Under the pieces are notes generated by a model, which worked only from the letters and a program-made list of their open reading frames with translations, was not told where the DNA came from and did not search any database. A DNA stretch of 64,000 nt, taken from assembly GCA_047459655.1 (NCBI GenBank), contig JAJREF010000001.1:512001-576000 (forward strand), read 5' to 3'. The position numbers and the translations under genes are program-made. Source of the stretch: Rhabdochlamydiaceae bacterium (GTDB lineage: Bacteria > Chlamydiota > Chlamydiia > Chlamydiales > Rhabdochlamydiaceae). Within the stretch, counting starts at the first letter, position 1. Each line of letters begins with the position of its first letter. Shown in pieces: positions 10,421 through 19,833 of the stretch.

Positions 10421-11166
10421 ATTGGAAACTTCTTCTTTATTGCCATCTAGCCGCTTTAGTATTGCTAGGAACTTTTTTTTGGCCCCCCACCTATTCTTAT
10501 TGGAATGCTCTTGATACCGCTTTCTTTAAATTTTTGAATGGCTCTTTAGTTGATAGCCCTAAGTGGCAACTGTTCTGGGCCCTCCTTAACCACAAAACAG
10601 CGGATTGGATAGAAGATGTGATTTTCCTTTTCTTCTGCATCTTGGCCGTTACAAAAACCTCTTCAGAATTTCGACTCAAAAGAGCCGCCCAGTTTATTTT
10701 TTGTATCCTCTTAGCGATACCCGTTATATACCTGGCTAACCGGATCATCTGTAGAGAACTCATCAACGTCTTCCGCATTAGTCCCAGCTTGGTGATCACC
10801 CCCTGCGTGCGTCTTTCACAAGAAATCCCCTGGATGAAAATCAAAGATAGCACTCACTCTTGTTTTCCTGGAGGACATGCCGTAACGCTTCTCTTCTTTG
10901 CTACCTTCTACATGTTTTTTGCAGGAAGAAAACTAGGATATTATGCCATTGGATATGCCATTTTCCGCTGCCTTCCCCGCCTGATTGTAGGGCCCATTGG
11001 ATCTCCCGACATCTTAGTCGGCAGCACAACCGTCGTTCTTCTTTCTCTCAGCTGGGCCCTTTGTACACCCTTTCATACCTTTTGCACTCACTACATTGAA
11101 CTCGCCCTCAAGCGAGTTTTTGCTAAGCTAAGAACTCTTAGAAACCGAAGATTTAGGCAATCCTAA
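10417..11166 (+). CDS. second PAP2-family LpxT-like protein
   Basis: Collinear paralog of the preceding gene; SCFPGGH; the C3 motif reads GAHWISD if two compensating homopolymer indels at about 10990-11008 are corrected. Confidence 0.78.
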   Translation: MNWKLLLYCHLAALVLLGTFFWPPTYSYWNALDTAFFKFLNGSLVDSPKWQLFWALLNHKTADWIEDVIFLFFCILAVTKTSSEFRLKRAAQFIFCILLAIPVIYLANRIICRELINVFRISPSLVITPCVRLSQEIPWMKIKDSTHSCFPGGHAVTLLFFATFYMFFAGRKLGYYAIGYAIFRCLPRLIVGPIGSPDILVGSTTVVLLSLSWALCTPFHTFCTHYIELALKRVFAKLRTLRNRRFRQS

Positions 11167-11431
11167 TTTCTAAGCGTTTTCCTAAAGCAGCTACTACCAT
11201 TGTTAGAGATTTTAAAGAACATGTTTTGGTTGGATCCAGTATTCTATTTATAGCGGCACGGCTTGTATGTGTTCTTTTAGCAAGTTGAGTTTTAGTAAGC
11301 TTTTGCTTTTTTATTTCTTTTTCTAGCTGAAAAGATAAAACTCTTTTTACAGCCTCAGCATTACACTCTTCAAATATCCCTTCCTCTTTGAGGAAATCAT
11401 CAAAATTAGAACCTTTATGCTTATTTCTCAT
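11153..11431 (-). CDS. XRE-family HTH antitoxin (HigA-like)
   Basis: HKGSNFDDFLKEEG N-terminus, then HTH TKTQLAKRTHTSRAAINRILDP. Confidence 0.85.
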   Translation of the reverse strand: MRNKHKGSNFDDFLKEEGIFEECNAEAVKRVLSFQLEKEIKKQKLTKTQLAKRTHTSRAAINRILDPTKTCSLKSLTMVVAALGKRLEIRIA

Positions 11432-11785
11432 TTTCCCTCTTCTTGCTTATATTTTTTAGCCCGTATTTTTGCTAGCCTTAATTCTTCAAGAGGCATTTTT
11501 TGGCTTTTTTTAACAAACCCATTTAAAAGAATGATCTCTCCATTAATGAAGATAAAAACAATCCTAGCTATTCCATTGAGGATACGTGAACGAACTTCCC
11601 ATAATCTCTCTCCGATACTACGAACTAGCGGCATTCCCAAAGGCCATCCTATTTGAACTGTTCTTAAATCATTTCCAATTTTTCTTCTATCCTCTCTACT
11701 CAAAAGACAAAATCCATTCTTTTACAGGTTCTCTACCACTGCCTTCCTCTTTATAGAAAACTATGGGAATTGGACGATGGTCCAT
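11428..11785 (-). CDS. RelE/ParE-superfamily toxin (HigB/Gp49-like), frameshift near 11705
   Basis: GWPLGMPLVR, LWEVRS and LLNGFVKKSQK; toxin lies upstream of the antitoxin with a 4-bp overlap. Confidence 0.85.
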
Positions 11786-11893
11786 TATACATTCTCCAAA
11801 TCTACATGTATCAAAATTGGTACAATCCTAACAAGTCTTAATTTTCTATAAAAGACAATTCTGATAGGATCGCGAAAAAAGGGACCTCCTTAT

Positions 11894-13420
11894 ATGGCTA
11901 TAAAATCAAAGAAAAGCGCTTTCTCATTGCTCCAAGCATTTTGTACAGACATTGCTTTGATGTCTTCAACACAGGCGCTGCTCGATTGGGATCAAGAGAC
12001 GTACATGCCACCCGGTGCAATTGAATTTCGCGGCATGCAAACAGCTCTGTTGTCAGGACAGATTCATAAATTAAAAGTGGGGGCAAAATTTAAAGGCCTC
12101 TTAAGTCAGCTCATTGATTTAGAGTCGGGCAAGATATTGGATGACACGCTGACACCTACACAGATTGTCGCAGTCAAAGAGTGGAAAAGAACCTATTTAC
12201 AAGAGATTAAGCTTCCCTCTGCTTTTGTCAAAACATTTGCAACGGTTTGCTCCAAAGCTTCCCATACATGGGCAGAGGCAAGAAAAAGCAATAAGTTCTC
12301 TCTCTTTGCCCCTCACCTGCAAAAAATTGTCTCACTCTGCCAAAAAAAGGCAAGATTTTTAGGCTCTTATGCACACCCTTACGATGCCCTGCTTGACCTC
12401 CATGAGCCGGGAATGACAGTAGCAGAACTCACGCCCCTTTTTGAGCGGTTAAAAACAGCTCTTACAACTCTTCTAAAGACCCTTGCAAGTAAACCCAAAG
12501 TAAATACCTCTTTTCTAGAACACAACTACCCCCAACATAAGCAAATGGAATTTGGCCGCCTTCTCTTAGAGGCAATGGGGTTTGATCCGGCAACATCGAG
12601 ATTAGATCTCACCTCCCACCCCTTTTGCTCAGGCCTTTCTATTAAAGATACGCGCATGACCACAAGAATTCATCCTAATCTCATCATGTCTAATATTTTT
12701 TCAGTCCTCCATGAAGGAGGTCATGGCTTGTACAATAAAGGCCTACCTGAACACGAATTTGGCACTCCCCTCTGTGAGCACTCCTCTTTAGGTATTGATG
12801 AGAGCCAATCACGCTGGTGGGAAACCCGTATTGGAAGAAGCCTCCCCTTTTGGAAATACTTCTATCCTAAGTTACAAAGTGCTTTTCCTGAACAACTCTC
12901 CTCTCTTTCCATCGAAGATTTTGTCAGAGGAATCAACATTGCAGAGCCCTCTTTTATCCGCGTAGAGGCCGATGAAGTCACCTACTGCCTCCACATCATT
13001 CTGCGCTTCGAAATCGAAAAAGCGCTCATGGAAGGATCGCTCAAAGTTAAAGACATTCCTAAGGTATGGAATGAAAAAATGCAGGCCTATTTTGGCATTG
13101 TGCCCAAAACAGATGCGGAAGGGTGTTTACAAGATATCCATTGGTCTCTTGGCAGCATCGGATATTTCCCGACCTATGCACTCGGCAATATTTATGCAGC
13201 GCAATTTTTTACCGCTTTTGAAAAAGCCCACCCCGACTGGCAAGAAAAGCTCTCCCAAGGTAATCTCTCTTTTATCCGGGAGTGGCTCTATGAAAATATC
13301 CACCGCCACGGCAAGCTCTATACTCCTCACGAGCTCACTCAGCGCATTGTGCACCAACCCCTCAGTGAGAAGCCTTATATAGCTTACCTTGAAGGAAAAT
13401 ACCTCTGCCCCATAAAATAG
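11894..13420 (+). CDS. carboxypeptidase, M32 family
   Basis: HPF, HEGGH, IRVEADE and GYFPTYALG motifs. Confidence 0.95.
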   Translation: MAIKSKKSAFSLLQAFCTDIALMSSTQALLDWDQETYMPPGAIEFRGMQTALLSGQIHKLKVGAKFKGLLSQLIDLESGKILDDTLTPTQIVAVKEWKRTYLQEIKLPSAFVKTFATVCSKASHTWAEARKSNKFSLFAPHLQKIVSLCQKKARFLGSYAHPYDALLDLHEPGMTVAELTPLFERLKTALTTLLKTLASKPKVNTSFLEHNYPQHKQMEFGRLLLEAMGFDPATSRLDLTSHPFCSGLSIKDTRMTTRIHPNLIMSNIFSVLHEGGHGLYNKGLPEHEFGTPLCEHSSLGIDESQSRWWETRIGRSLPFWKYFYPKLQSAFPEQLSSLSIEDFVRGINIAEPSFIRVEADEVTYCLHIILRFEIEKALMEGSLKVKDIPKVWNEKMQAYFGIVPKTDAEGCLQDIHWSLGSIGYFPTYALGNIYAAQFFTAFEKAHPDWQEKLSQGNLSFIREWLYENIHRHGKLYTPHELTQRIVHQPLSEKPYIAYLEGKYLCPIK

Positions 13421-13493
13421 ACCCTTAAATCCAGGAAAGTTTAGCAGAGGGTATTAGGTTTGCATTTTTTCAAATTTTATTTATAGGCAATAG

Positions 13494-14510
13494 ATGACCC
13501 CCCTTTCTCTAGTGTCTCATAGAAGTGATTTGCCACTCCCTTTCTTTCCTCGAAGCGTAATTGCGGCTTCTTTCTTTCTGACTAACGCCGCCTTGTCTGC
13601 ACTTGTCTCTACCCTTCCATGGCCTAGTAGAACAATAATACGCATAATTGCAACGGGAATTAGTTTGGTTGGAGCCTACTTGGTTTTCTTTAGACTTTTC
13701 CCAGCTCCCCCTACTCCACAAGAAATCGCTGATCGTAGAATAGAAGAAATCGTACGCACATTACACTACATTGAAACATACTCCTTCCGCACGCAACGCG
13801 AGCATATAATACCATTTATAAAATCTTTTCTTACCACTGATCCTATCATTCCAATTCCTGATCTTTTAAAAGCCCTTTCATCTTACCAATTATGTGCTAT
13901 TTCTGCACATGAACGGACAATGGGATCTATCCTCCTTTTAGAATTTCTATTAAAAAACTCAGGACAGCTAGAGATAAAAAAAGAAGAACTCATCTCAAGC
14001 GTAGAAATTTTTATAAAGGTTTATGAACGATATTTTGAGAAAGGTTATGATCAAAGGAAAGAAGAAGAGTGCAAGCAAGTTTTTTCTGGAATACAATCTC
14101 TGATTCCAAAATTAGTTGAACATGCACTCGAGTCATATGTGTTAGAAATAGTAAGTGTTTATAATAGGAAAAAGGTAACGATTCATCAAGCTCCTGTAGA
14201 TTGGTTTATAGCATGGCTCAAAGCAATGATGGAACGCTACGGAAAAGAGCGAGTCGAAAAAGAACTTGACTTAGAAGAATGGGCTTGCAGAGTTAGAAAA
14301 GCCAACCAACCTTCCTTCATAAGTATTGATTCTAATGAAGAAACTCTTGCTTCTATGAATAGCCAAGAGGAAGCAATGTCTCGGTTAATGCGCCTGACAT
14401 CAGATAACATACAATCTATAATAGCCGTCCAACGAGCTGAAAACTGGCATAAAATTAGAGAGGCGGCCCGCATTTTGGGAAACCGAGCATTAGAAGAAGA
14501 AGCTTCTTAA
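13494..14510 (+). CDS. hypothetical protein with an N-terminal two-TM hairpin (Inc-like)
   Basis: 338-aa ORF; two hydrophobic segments at about aa 22-68 separated by a short loop, then a charged helical region. Confidence 0.6.
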   Translation: MTPLSLVSHRSDLPLPFFPRSVIAASFFLTNAALSALVSTLPWPSRTIIRIIATGISLVGAYLVFFRLFPAPPTPQEIADRRIEEIVRTLHYIETYSFRTQREHIIPFIKSFLTTDPIIPIPDLLKALSSYQLCAISAHERTMGSILLLEFLLKNSGQLEIKKEELISSVEIFIKVYERYFEKGYDQRKEEECKQVFSGIQSLIPKLVEHALESYVLEIVSVYNRKKVTIHQAPVDWFIAWLKAMMERYGKERVEKELDLEEWACRVRKANQPSFISIDSNEETLASMNSQEEAMSRLMRLTSDNIQSIIAVQRAENWHKIREAARILGNRALEEEAS

Positions 14511-14523
14511 AATCACTCAATTT

Positions 14524-15766
14524 TTATAAACTACCGCCAAGCGAGCGCTCCCTTACCTTATGAGCCTTCCCAATAACAAGAGCTGCCACAATAGCAAGCG
14601 CCATCCAGTACCACACAATTGAGGTTATGCTTCCCGTCTCTTTAAATAACCACAAAGAAATAGCCGCTGTCGGTGCCCCCAATAGCTGCGAGCCCATCGC
14701 ATACCCAAATGAGATCACTAAATAGCGGTGAGACTCTGGAATCAGGCTCTGCGCCCATGCATGTAAAGGAGCAGAAAATGCAACCCCTAAAAACACCAAA
14801 AAGATCCTGATAGCAACCACAGTAGCCCATGTTGCTTGTTCAAGCATTAAAAACAAAGGAAGCGCACTTAAAAGAGCAGCAAGACTTGCACCTATCATGA
14901 GCCTTTCTCGTGATATTTTAGACGAGATCCATCCGCAAAGCGGCAGCATTACAAAATCTAGAATCAGCAAGGCCGAGTTCAGCTGCATCACCTGTTCTTT
15001 TGTGATCGATGTCACAAGGGGCACAAGGCCGTTGATTAAAACAAGCGCAACAGAATAACTTGCATAAGAGAAACCCGCACCTATAGCTATTAAACTAGCT
15101 GGTCTTCGGTAGGCCCAAAGTGTTTTTCCTATCTGAGCCAAAGGCTGCCTTGCCTTATGAGGAATAGTTATCTTTTGACTCATTCTGATCATACATCCAA
15201 AAAGCGCTGTGACCCCTCCTATAATATAGAGAACTCGCCACCCTGATTCGACAGTGGTAACCTGGCAAAGCACAGAGACCCCAAGAGAGGCAAGCAAGAT
15301 CCCCCGATTGTTGAGGCCCCGTATAGGCTGCTGAGCACATCGTGCCTCTTTTCCTCAGCACCTTCCAAGAGTAAAATGGCCCCTCCCATGATCTCTCCCG
15401 ATGCCAAAAAGTTTTGAACCAATCTCACCACGCAAAAAAGAATAGGTGCCAAAATCCCTATGCGCTCAAATGTTGGAATAAACGTGATACAAAAGAGATA
15501 CAGCCCATCCCCAGTAAACTTAAAAAGAGAGCTCGGCCTCTCCCATATCGATCCCCTACATATCCAAAAAAAAGCGCTCCCAAGGGGCGCATCACCATCC
15601 CCAACGGAATAATTGCATAAGTTAAAATCAGCGCTGTAAGCGGGTCGTGCTTAGGGAAAAATAAAGGAGCTAGAAAAGGTGAAAGAAATCCAAATAAAGC
15701 CGTGTCATAATGTTCAAAGAGGTTGCCTAGACAAACGCTCCAAAATTGCATCCGAAAAATTTTCAT
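14524..15766 (-). CDS. MFS transporter, MHS/ProP-like (frameshifted)
   Basis: GNLFEHYDTALFG, RPLGALFFGYVGDRYGR and RLVQNF.ASGE motifs; ggag RBS before the ATG at 15766. Confidence 0.88.
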
Positions 15767-15818
15767 AGATCTCCTGGCAAAAATTTCCACCAAGAGAAGA
15801 TAAGGACGTTCTTAACAG

Positions 15819-15915
15819 CTTCCACGCTCCCTCCGCCGGTATTACCCGGATCAGGTCTCTAAGAGTTAGGCATGCGCCCTTTCAGCCACAATTGCTTGCA
15901 GCACCTCTGGTGTTG
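15819..15915 (-). ncRNA. TPP (THI-box) riboswitch
   Basis: The minus strand reads GAGGTGC...GGCTGAAAG...ACCTGATCCGGGTAATACCGGCGGAGGGAG, matching the TPP aptamer core; about 50 nt upstream of the MFS gene. Confidence 0.88.
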
Positions 15916-15957
15916 GAAGGAATTTTAAATGGAAACCTCTTTTATGGGTAGGGATAA

Positions 15958-17154
15958 CTACTTGGCAAGTTCTGTATTTAAAACCTCGTCCTGCTCCTTT
16001 GGCTCTCTGATTAACTGGCTGACAACGATTACCCCGCACATATTTCCAAAGATATTTAAGACCGTACGCGCTCTGTCGACAATCCGATCAAAGGGAAGCA
16101 AGACTGAAATAGCAGACAGTGGAATATTGACGATTTTAAAAACTAAGGCTAAAGTTACCATACTAGTTTCAGGAATCCCACCCCCTGCCATGCTTCCTAA
16201 AATACAGGCAATAGCAAGCAAAATTTGCTGAGAAAGCGACAGATCTAGCCCTAAAATCTGTGAGAAGAAGAACACAGCTGCCATTTCATACATTATCATG
16301 CCACCCAAGTTAATAGAAGCAGATAAAGGAAGCATAAAACGCGTGGCAAATGAGTTGGCCTTAAGACCCTCGACTGCATGCATTGCAACAGGAAGAGTAG
16401 CAACCGAGCTTGAAGTTCCAAAAGCCATATAAAAAACAGGTAAGCTCTGACGTAAAATATCTAAAATCTTTTGCTTCGATGCGATGGAAGCTAAAATAAG
16501 TTGCCATAAGCCATGTAAAAAAAGCCCGAGAAACAACACCCCTACAAATCGCAAAAGCGCCATAAAATTCACTTGTAAAGATCCACTAAGATGGGATTGT
16601 GCAATACCATACCCAACCAGAACAAATATGCCGATAGGAGCTAGGACCATTACCCCACTTAAACACTTACTAGAGATATCACGAATAGAACCAGCCAGCT
16701 GAAGGAAAGGTTTAGAGGCCTCCCCTACAAAGGCAGCTCCAAGACCAAACAAAATAGAAAAAATAACAACAGGAAGCAATTCAAAATGGGTTAGCGAATA
16801 GAATATGTTATCGGGAAAAATAGACAGGATAAAGTTTGCAAATTTAAAGTCGTGATGGGTTAAAGCAACTTGACTCTCTCCGCCTAGAATGAGATTTGAG
16901 TTTCCTCCTACCCCCGGCTCCAGCGTATTAAATAAAATAAGCGCAATCAAAACTGCCATCAACTCGCTTAATAACATGTAACCAACCATTTTTGTTGCCA
17001 TAGACTTCAGCCTAGAAAGACTACCTTTTAAATTCCCTAGGGCCACAATTAGAGTTGAACAAATAAGAGGCAGAGCAAATAGCTTGAGTAGGTTAATAAA
17101 AAGATCACCAAAAAACTTAATTTTTTCAAAAATAAAAGGACAATAAATACCCAA
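15958..17154 (-). CDS. dicarboxylate/amino acid:cation symporter (DAACS); the true start is probably slightly further upstream
   Basis: AFGTSSSVATLP, ASINLGG and DRARTVLNIFGN motifs. Confidence 0.9.
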   Translation of the reverse strand: MGIYCPFIFEKIKFFGDLFINLLKLFALPLICSTLIVALGNLKGSLSRLKSMATKMVGYMLLSELMAVLIALILFNTLEPGVGGNSNLILGGESQVALTHHDFKFANFILSIFPDNIFYSLTHFELLPVVIFSILFGLGAAFVGEASKPFLQLAGSIRDISSKCLSGVMVLAPIGIFVLVGYGIAQSHLSGSLQVNFMALLRFVGVLFLGLFLHGLWQLILASIASKQKILDILRQSLPVFYMAFGTSSSVATLPVAMHAVEGLKANSFATRFMLPLSASINLGGMIMYEMAAVFFFSQILGLDLSLSQQILLAIACILGSMAGGGIPETSMVTLALVFKIVNIPLSAISVLLPFDRIVDRARTVLNIFGNMCGVIVVSQLIREPKEQDEVLNTELAK

Positions 17155-17255
17155 TAGAGCGGCTAATGCAGCAATGGGTAAAATCGAATTGGTGCTGTTT
17201 TTTATAAAAAATTTTAAGATAAATTTTAGTCCGTAAATAGAGTTTTATAATTTAA

Positions 17256-17417
17256 GGAACCTCTGGACAAGTGCTTTGTCGGAAATTGCTGATCAATTTT
17301 TCGAAGACGACGATTTTGGAAAGCGCAGCTAAAATACAGAGTGTTAGCGAGTTCGAAAAATCTAGTATTTGCAAAAACTGGTGGCAAGATTCGGCAAATG
17401 AATTGTCCAGAGGTTCC
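17256..17417 (+). mobile_element. MITE family A, copy 2 (full length, 162 bp)
   Basis: Perfect 15-bp TIRs GGAACCTCTGGACAA / TTGTCCAGAGGTTCC; flanks ttaa and tcaa. Confidence 0.92.
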
Positions 17418-17529
17418 TCAAGAAGACTTTAACAAAGTTTACACAAAAAGATAAATAAAAAAATAATTTTTATTTAACAGGAAAAATATATGCATAAAGT
17501 CATAATAAAAAAATCCCTAAGTCCTGAAC

Positions 17530-17798
17530 TGAGACCGTTGCATAAGTCAGCGTATTTTGAAAAAGTAGCACATTTTGATGAGATTTTGAAATGTGCGTTT
17601 TTACAAACATGATCACTTATGGAACCTCTGGACAAGTGCTTTATCGAAGATTACTGATCAGTTTTTCGAAGACGATGATTTTGGAGAACTTAGCTAACAT
17701 GTAGAATGTTAGAGGATTAGAAAAATCTAGTATTCGCAAAAATTGGGAGCAAGATTCGGCAAATGATTTGTCCAGAAGTTCCTTTTCCAATGGTCTCA
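17530..17798. mobile_element. palindromic element (type D) interrupted by family A copy 3
   Basis: Left end tgagaccgttgcataagt; its complement is split into acttat (17615-17620) and ccaatggtctca (17787-17798); internal hairpin gcacattt/aaatgtgc. Confidence 0.7.
17621..17782 (+). mobile_element. MITE family A, copy 3 (full length, 162 bp)
   Basis: GGAACCTCTGGACAA...TTGTCCAGAAGTTCC; collinear with copy 2. Confidence 0.92.
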
Positions 17799-17818
17799 AA
17801 CTATAAAAAATGCTACAA

Positions 17819-17964
17819 TAGACATCTTGCGTAATTAAGATTCTGTCGATTTTATTGATTATTTGGTCGATTTCCCATTCCAATAGTAAGGGCAATATAT
17901 ACTCTATATTGCCCTTACTATTGGAATGGGAAATCGACAGAATCTTAATTACGCAAGAGGTCTA
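17819..17964. repeat. palindromic element with TAGACATCTTGCG...CGCAAGAGGTCTA ends and a perfect 34-bp inner stem
   Basis: 17866-17899 is the exact reverse complement of 17905-17938; 17825-17852 pairs exactly with 17931-17958. Confidence 0.85.
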
Positions 17965-17994
17965 ATCCTTGAGTGAACCAAAGAGCTTAAATTT

Positions 17995-18932
17995 ATGACA
18001 GTCATAAGATGCGGATCTAGTCAATTGATGACAGGCTTGCTTGCATGGAGAAATCCTCAAGGAAGGGAAGAAAACTGGATATTGCGCCCTCAACGCATTG
18101 AGAATATATGGAAACACGCAGGAAAGGTCATTTCTACTGAAATTGGCCTTGCTCTTCTTGTCATTACATCTACTGTAGAAACAGTTGTCTATTCCACCCT
18201 TGTCATTACATTCCTCCCATTATACCCGGTCACTGATAGGCCTTATAAATTCTTTGCAAAACTTCTTCAAAGTAGCGCCTTTACGATTATTTGGGGGGTG
18301 GCTGATGCAATACTGTATAACCCATTCTTTGTAAACATAATGACCCAGGAAAGCTTTGCTCGTTATTGGGCATCAATCTTCAATCCTACCCCGATTGTAA
18401 TCTTGCGATTACATGACAGACTGTATCTAGCTGACTGGCAACAGCAGCGGAGGCAGGAAAATATAAACGATAGGTTACTTGGGCCTATTGTTGCTGAAGG
18501 GCGTACCACCCAAAAATTAATTGAGCAGGGAGCTAATTTTATCCAACAGAATGTATTGGAAAGCGCGGATGCTAACACCATAGTCTCTTTTAGAGACATC
18601 GATCCACACATCTTCATGTTTATACTGACCAAAGCTGTTTATATCTATACAGCCGGCACCAAAAAAATGATGAAATTCCTGGCTTTTTTAAACCGGCAAC
18701 AAAAAATCTTATCTTAGCTTTGCGGCAAGAACAAAACAGTGAAGAAACAGCACAAGAACTCCAGCGATTAATTGGAAATCCAGATCAATTTGAGACTGCA
18801 CCTCAAGGAGAATCTGCTAAGTCTATGTTTAATAGATTGAGGAACGCCGCCTTAGGAGAATTACAAAATAGTTTGTTGAGCACTAGATGCTGGCAAAACG
18901 CTGCTCTGCGTTTGCACGAAGCTCAAATATAG
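17995..18932 (+). CDS. hypothetical membrane-associated protein (probably one gene, frameshift near 18665)
   Basis: Adjacent same-strand 240-aa and 70-aa ORFs with an A-run at the break; hydrophobic stretch at about aa 48-78. Confidence 0.55.
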
Positions 18933-18940
18933 TCGATTAA

Positions 18941-19831
18941 TTATCGAGTGGCTAAAGGAAGCGGCAATCTGGATGCAATCTTGGTGAGATAGAGGCCGTA
19001 CTCGCTTTTGCCCATTTTTTTAGCGAGCAAGTGGAGCTCTTCATGGGTTATAAAGCCCATTTGGTAGGCAATTTCTTCAAGACAAGCGATCTGAATGCCC
19101 TGTCTTTCTTGGATGGTTTGAACGTAGAGAGATGCTTGCTGAAGCGCTTCGTGAGTTCCTGTATCAAGCCAGGCAAAGCCCCTTTCTAGGAGATGCACCC
19201 GTAGGGCGCTTCGTTTGAGATAATCAGCATTGACATCGGTGATCTCAAGCTCTCCTCTTGGAGATGGTATGAGGGATTTAGCAATAGAAACAACATTGTT
19301 GTCGTAGAAGTAGAGCCCCGTAACAGCATAAGGAGAGGTGGGATTTTTGGGCTTTTCAACGATATTTTTAGGCTGACCCTCCTCATCAAACTCTATGACT
19401 CCATAACGCTCGGGATCTTTGACTTCATAGCCAAAGATAATCGCGCCTTCTTCGAGATCTTTGCAGCGCTTCAAGATGGAGGGCAGCTGGTCTCCATAAA
19501 AGATATTATCGCCTAGAACAAGAGCAACACTATCTTCTCCGATAAATTTTTCGCCTAGTATAAAAGCTTGCGCGATACCCTCTGGTTCGGGTTGCGCCTG
19601 GTAACTGAGATCAAGGCCTAGATGAGAGCCATCACCAAAAATCTTCTCAAAACGAGGAAGATCTTCAGGTGTAGAAATGATCAAAATCTCTTGAATACCT
19701 GCGTACATTAAAACAGCAAGAGGGTAATACACCATCGGCTTGTCATAAATAGGCAAGAGCTGCTTGCAATTAGCAATCGTTAATGGATAAAGTCTTGTGC
19801 CTCTACCACCTGCTAAGATAATCCCCTTCAT
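18941..19831 (-). CDS. rfbA: glucose-1-phosphate thymidylyltransferase
   Basis: [35 protein letters not shown] and WLDTGT. Confidence 0.96.
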   Translation of the reverse strand: MKGIILAGGRGTRLYPLTIANCKQLLPIYDKPMVYYPLAVLMYAGIQEILIISTPEDLPRFEKIFGDGSHLGLDLSYQAQPEPEGIAQAFILGEKFIGEDSVALVLGDNIFYGDQLPSILKRCKDLEEGAIIFGYEVKDPERYGVIEFDEEGQPKNIVEKPKNPTSPYAVTGLYFYDNNVVSIAKSLIPSPRGELEITDVNADYLKRSALRVHLLERGFAWLDTGTHEALQQASLYVQTIQERQGIQIACLEEIAYQMGFITHEELHLLAKKMGKSEYGLYLTKIASRLPLPLATR

Positions 19832-19833
19832 GG

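Noticed and set aside
10980..11010. Loss of the catalytic His in the second PAP2 protein (GPIGSPD)
   Set aside because: A missing G and an extra C in adjacent homopolymers restore GAHWISD, so this is likely a sequencing error
11153..11785. The TA pair as a novel defence system
   Set aside because: Ordinary RelE/HigB toxin plus XRE antitoxin module
17256..17964. CRISPR array or integron attC sites
   Set aside because: Repeats are about 160 bp, dispersed and irregularly spaced; no cas or integron integrase gene; TIR and target-duplication structure fits MITEs
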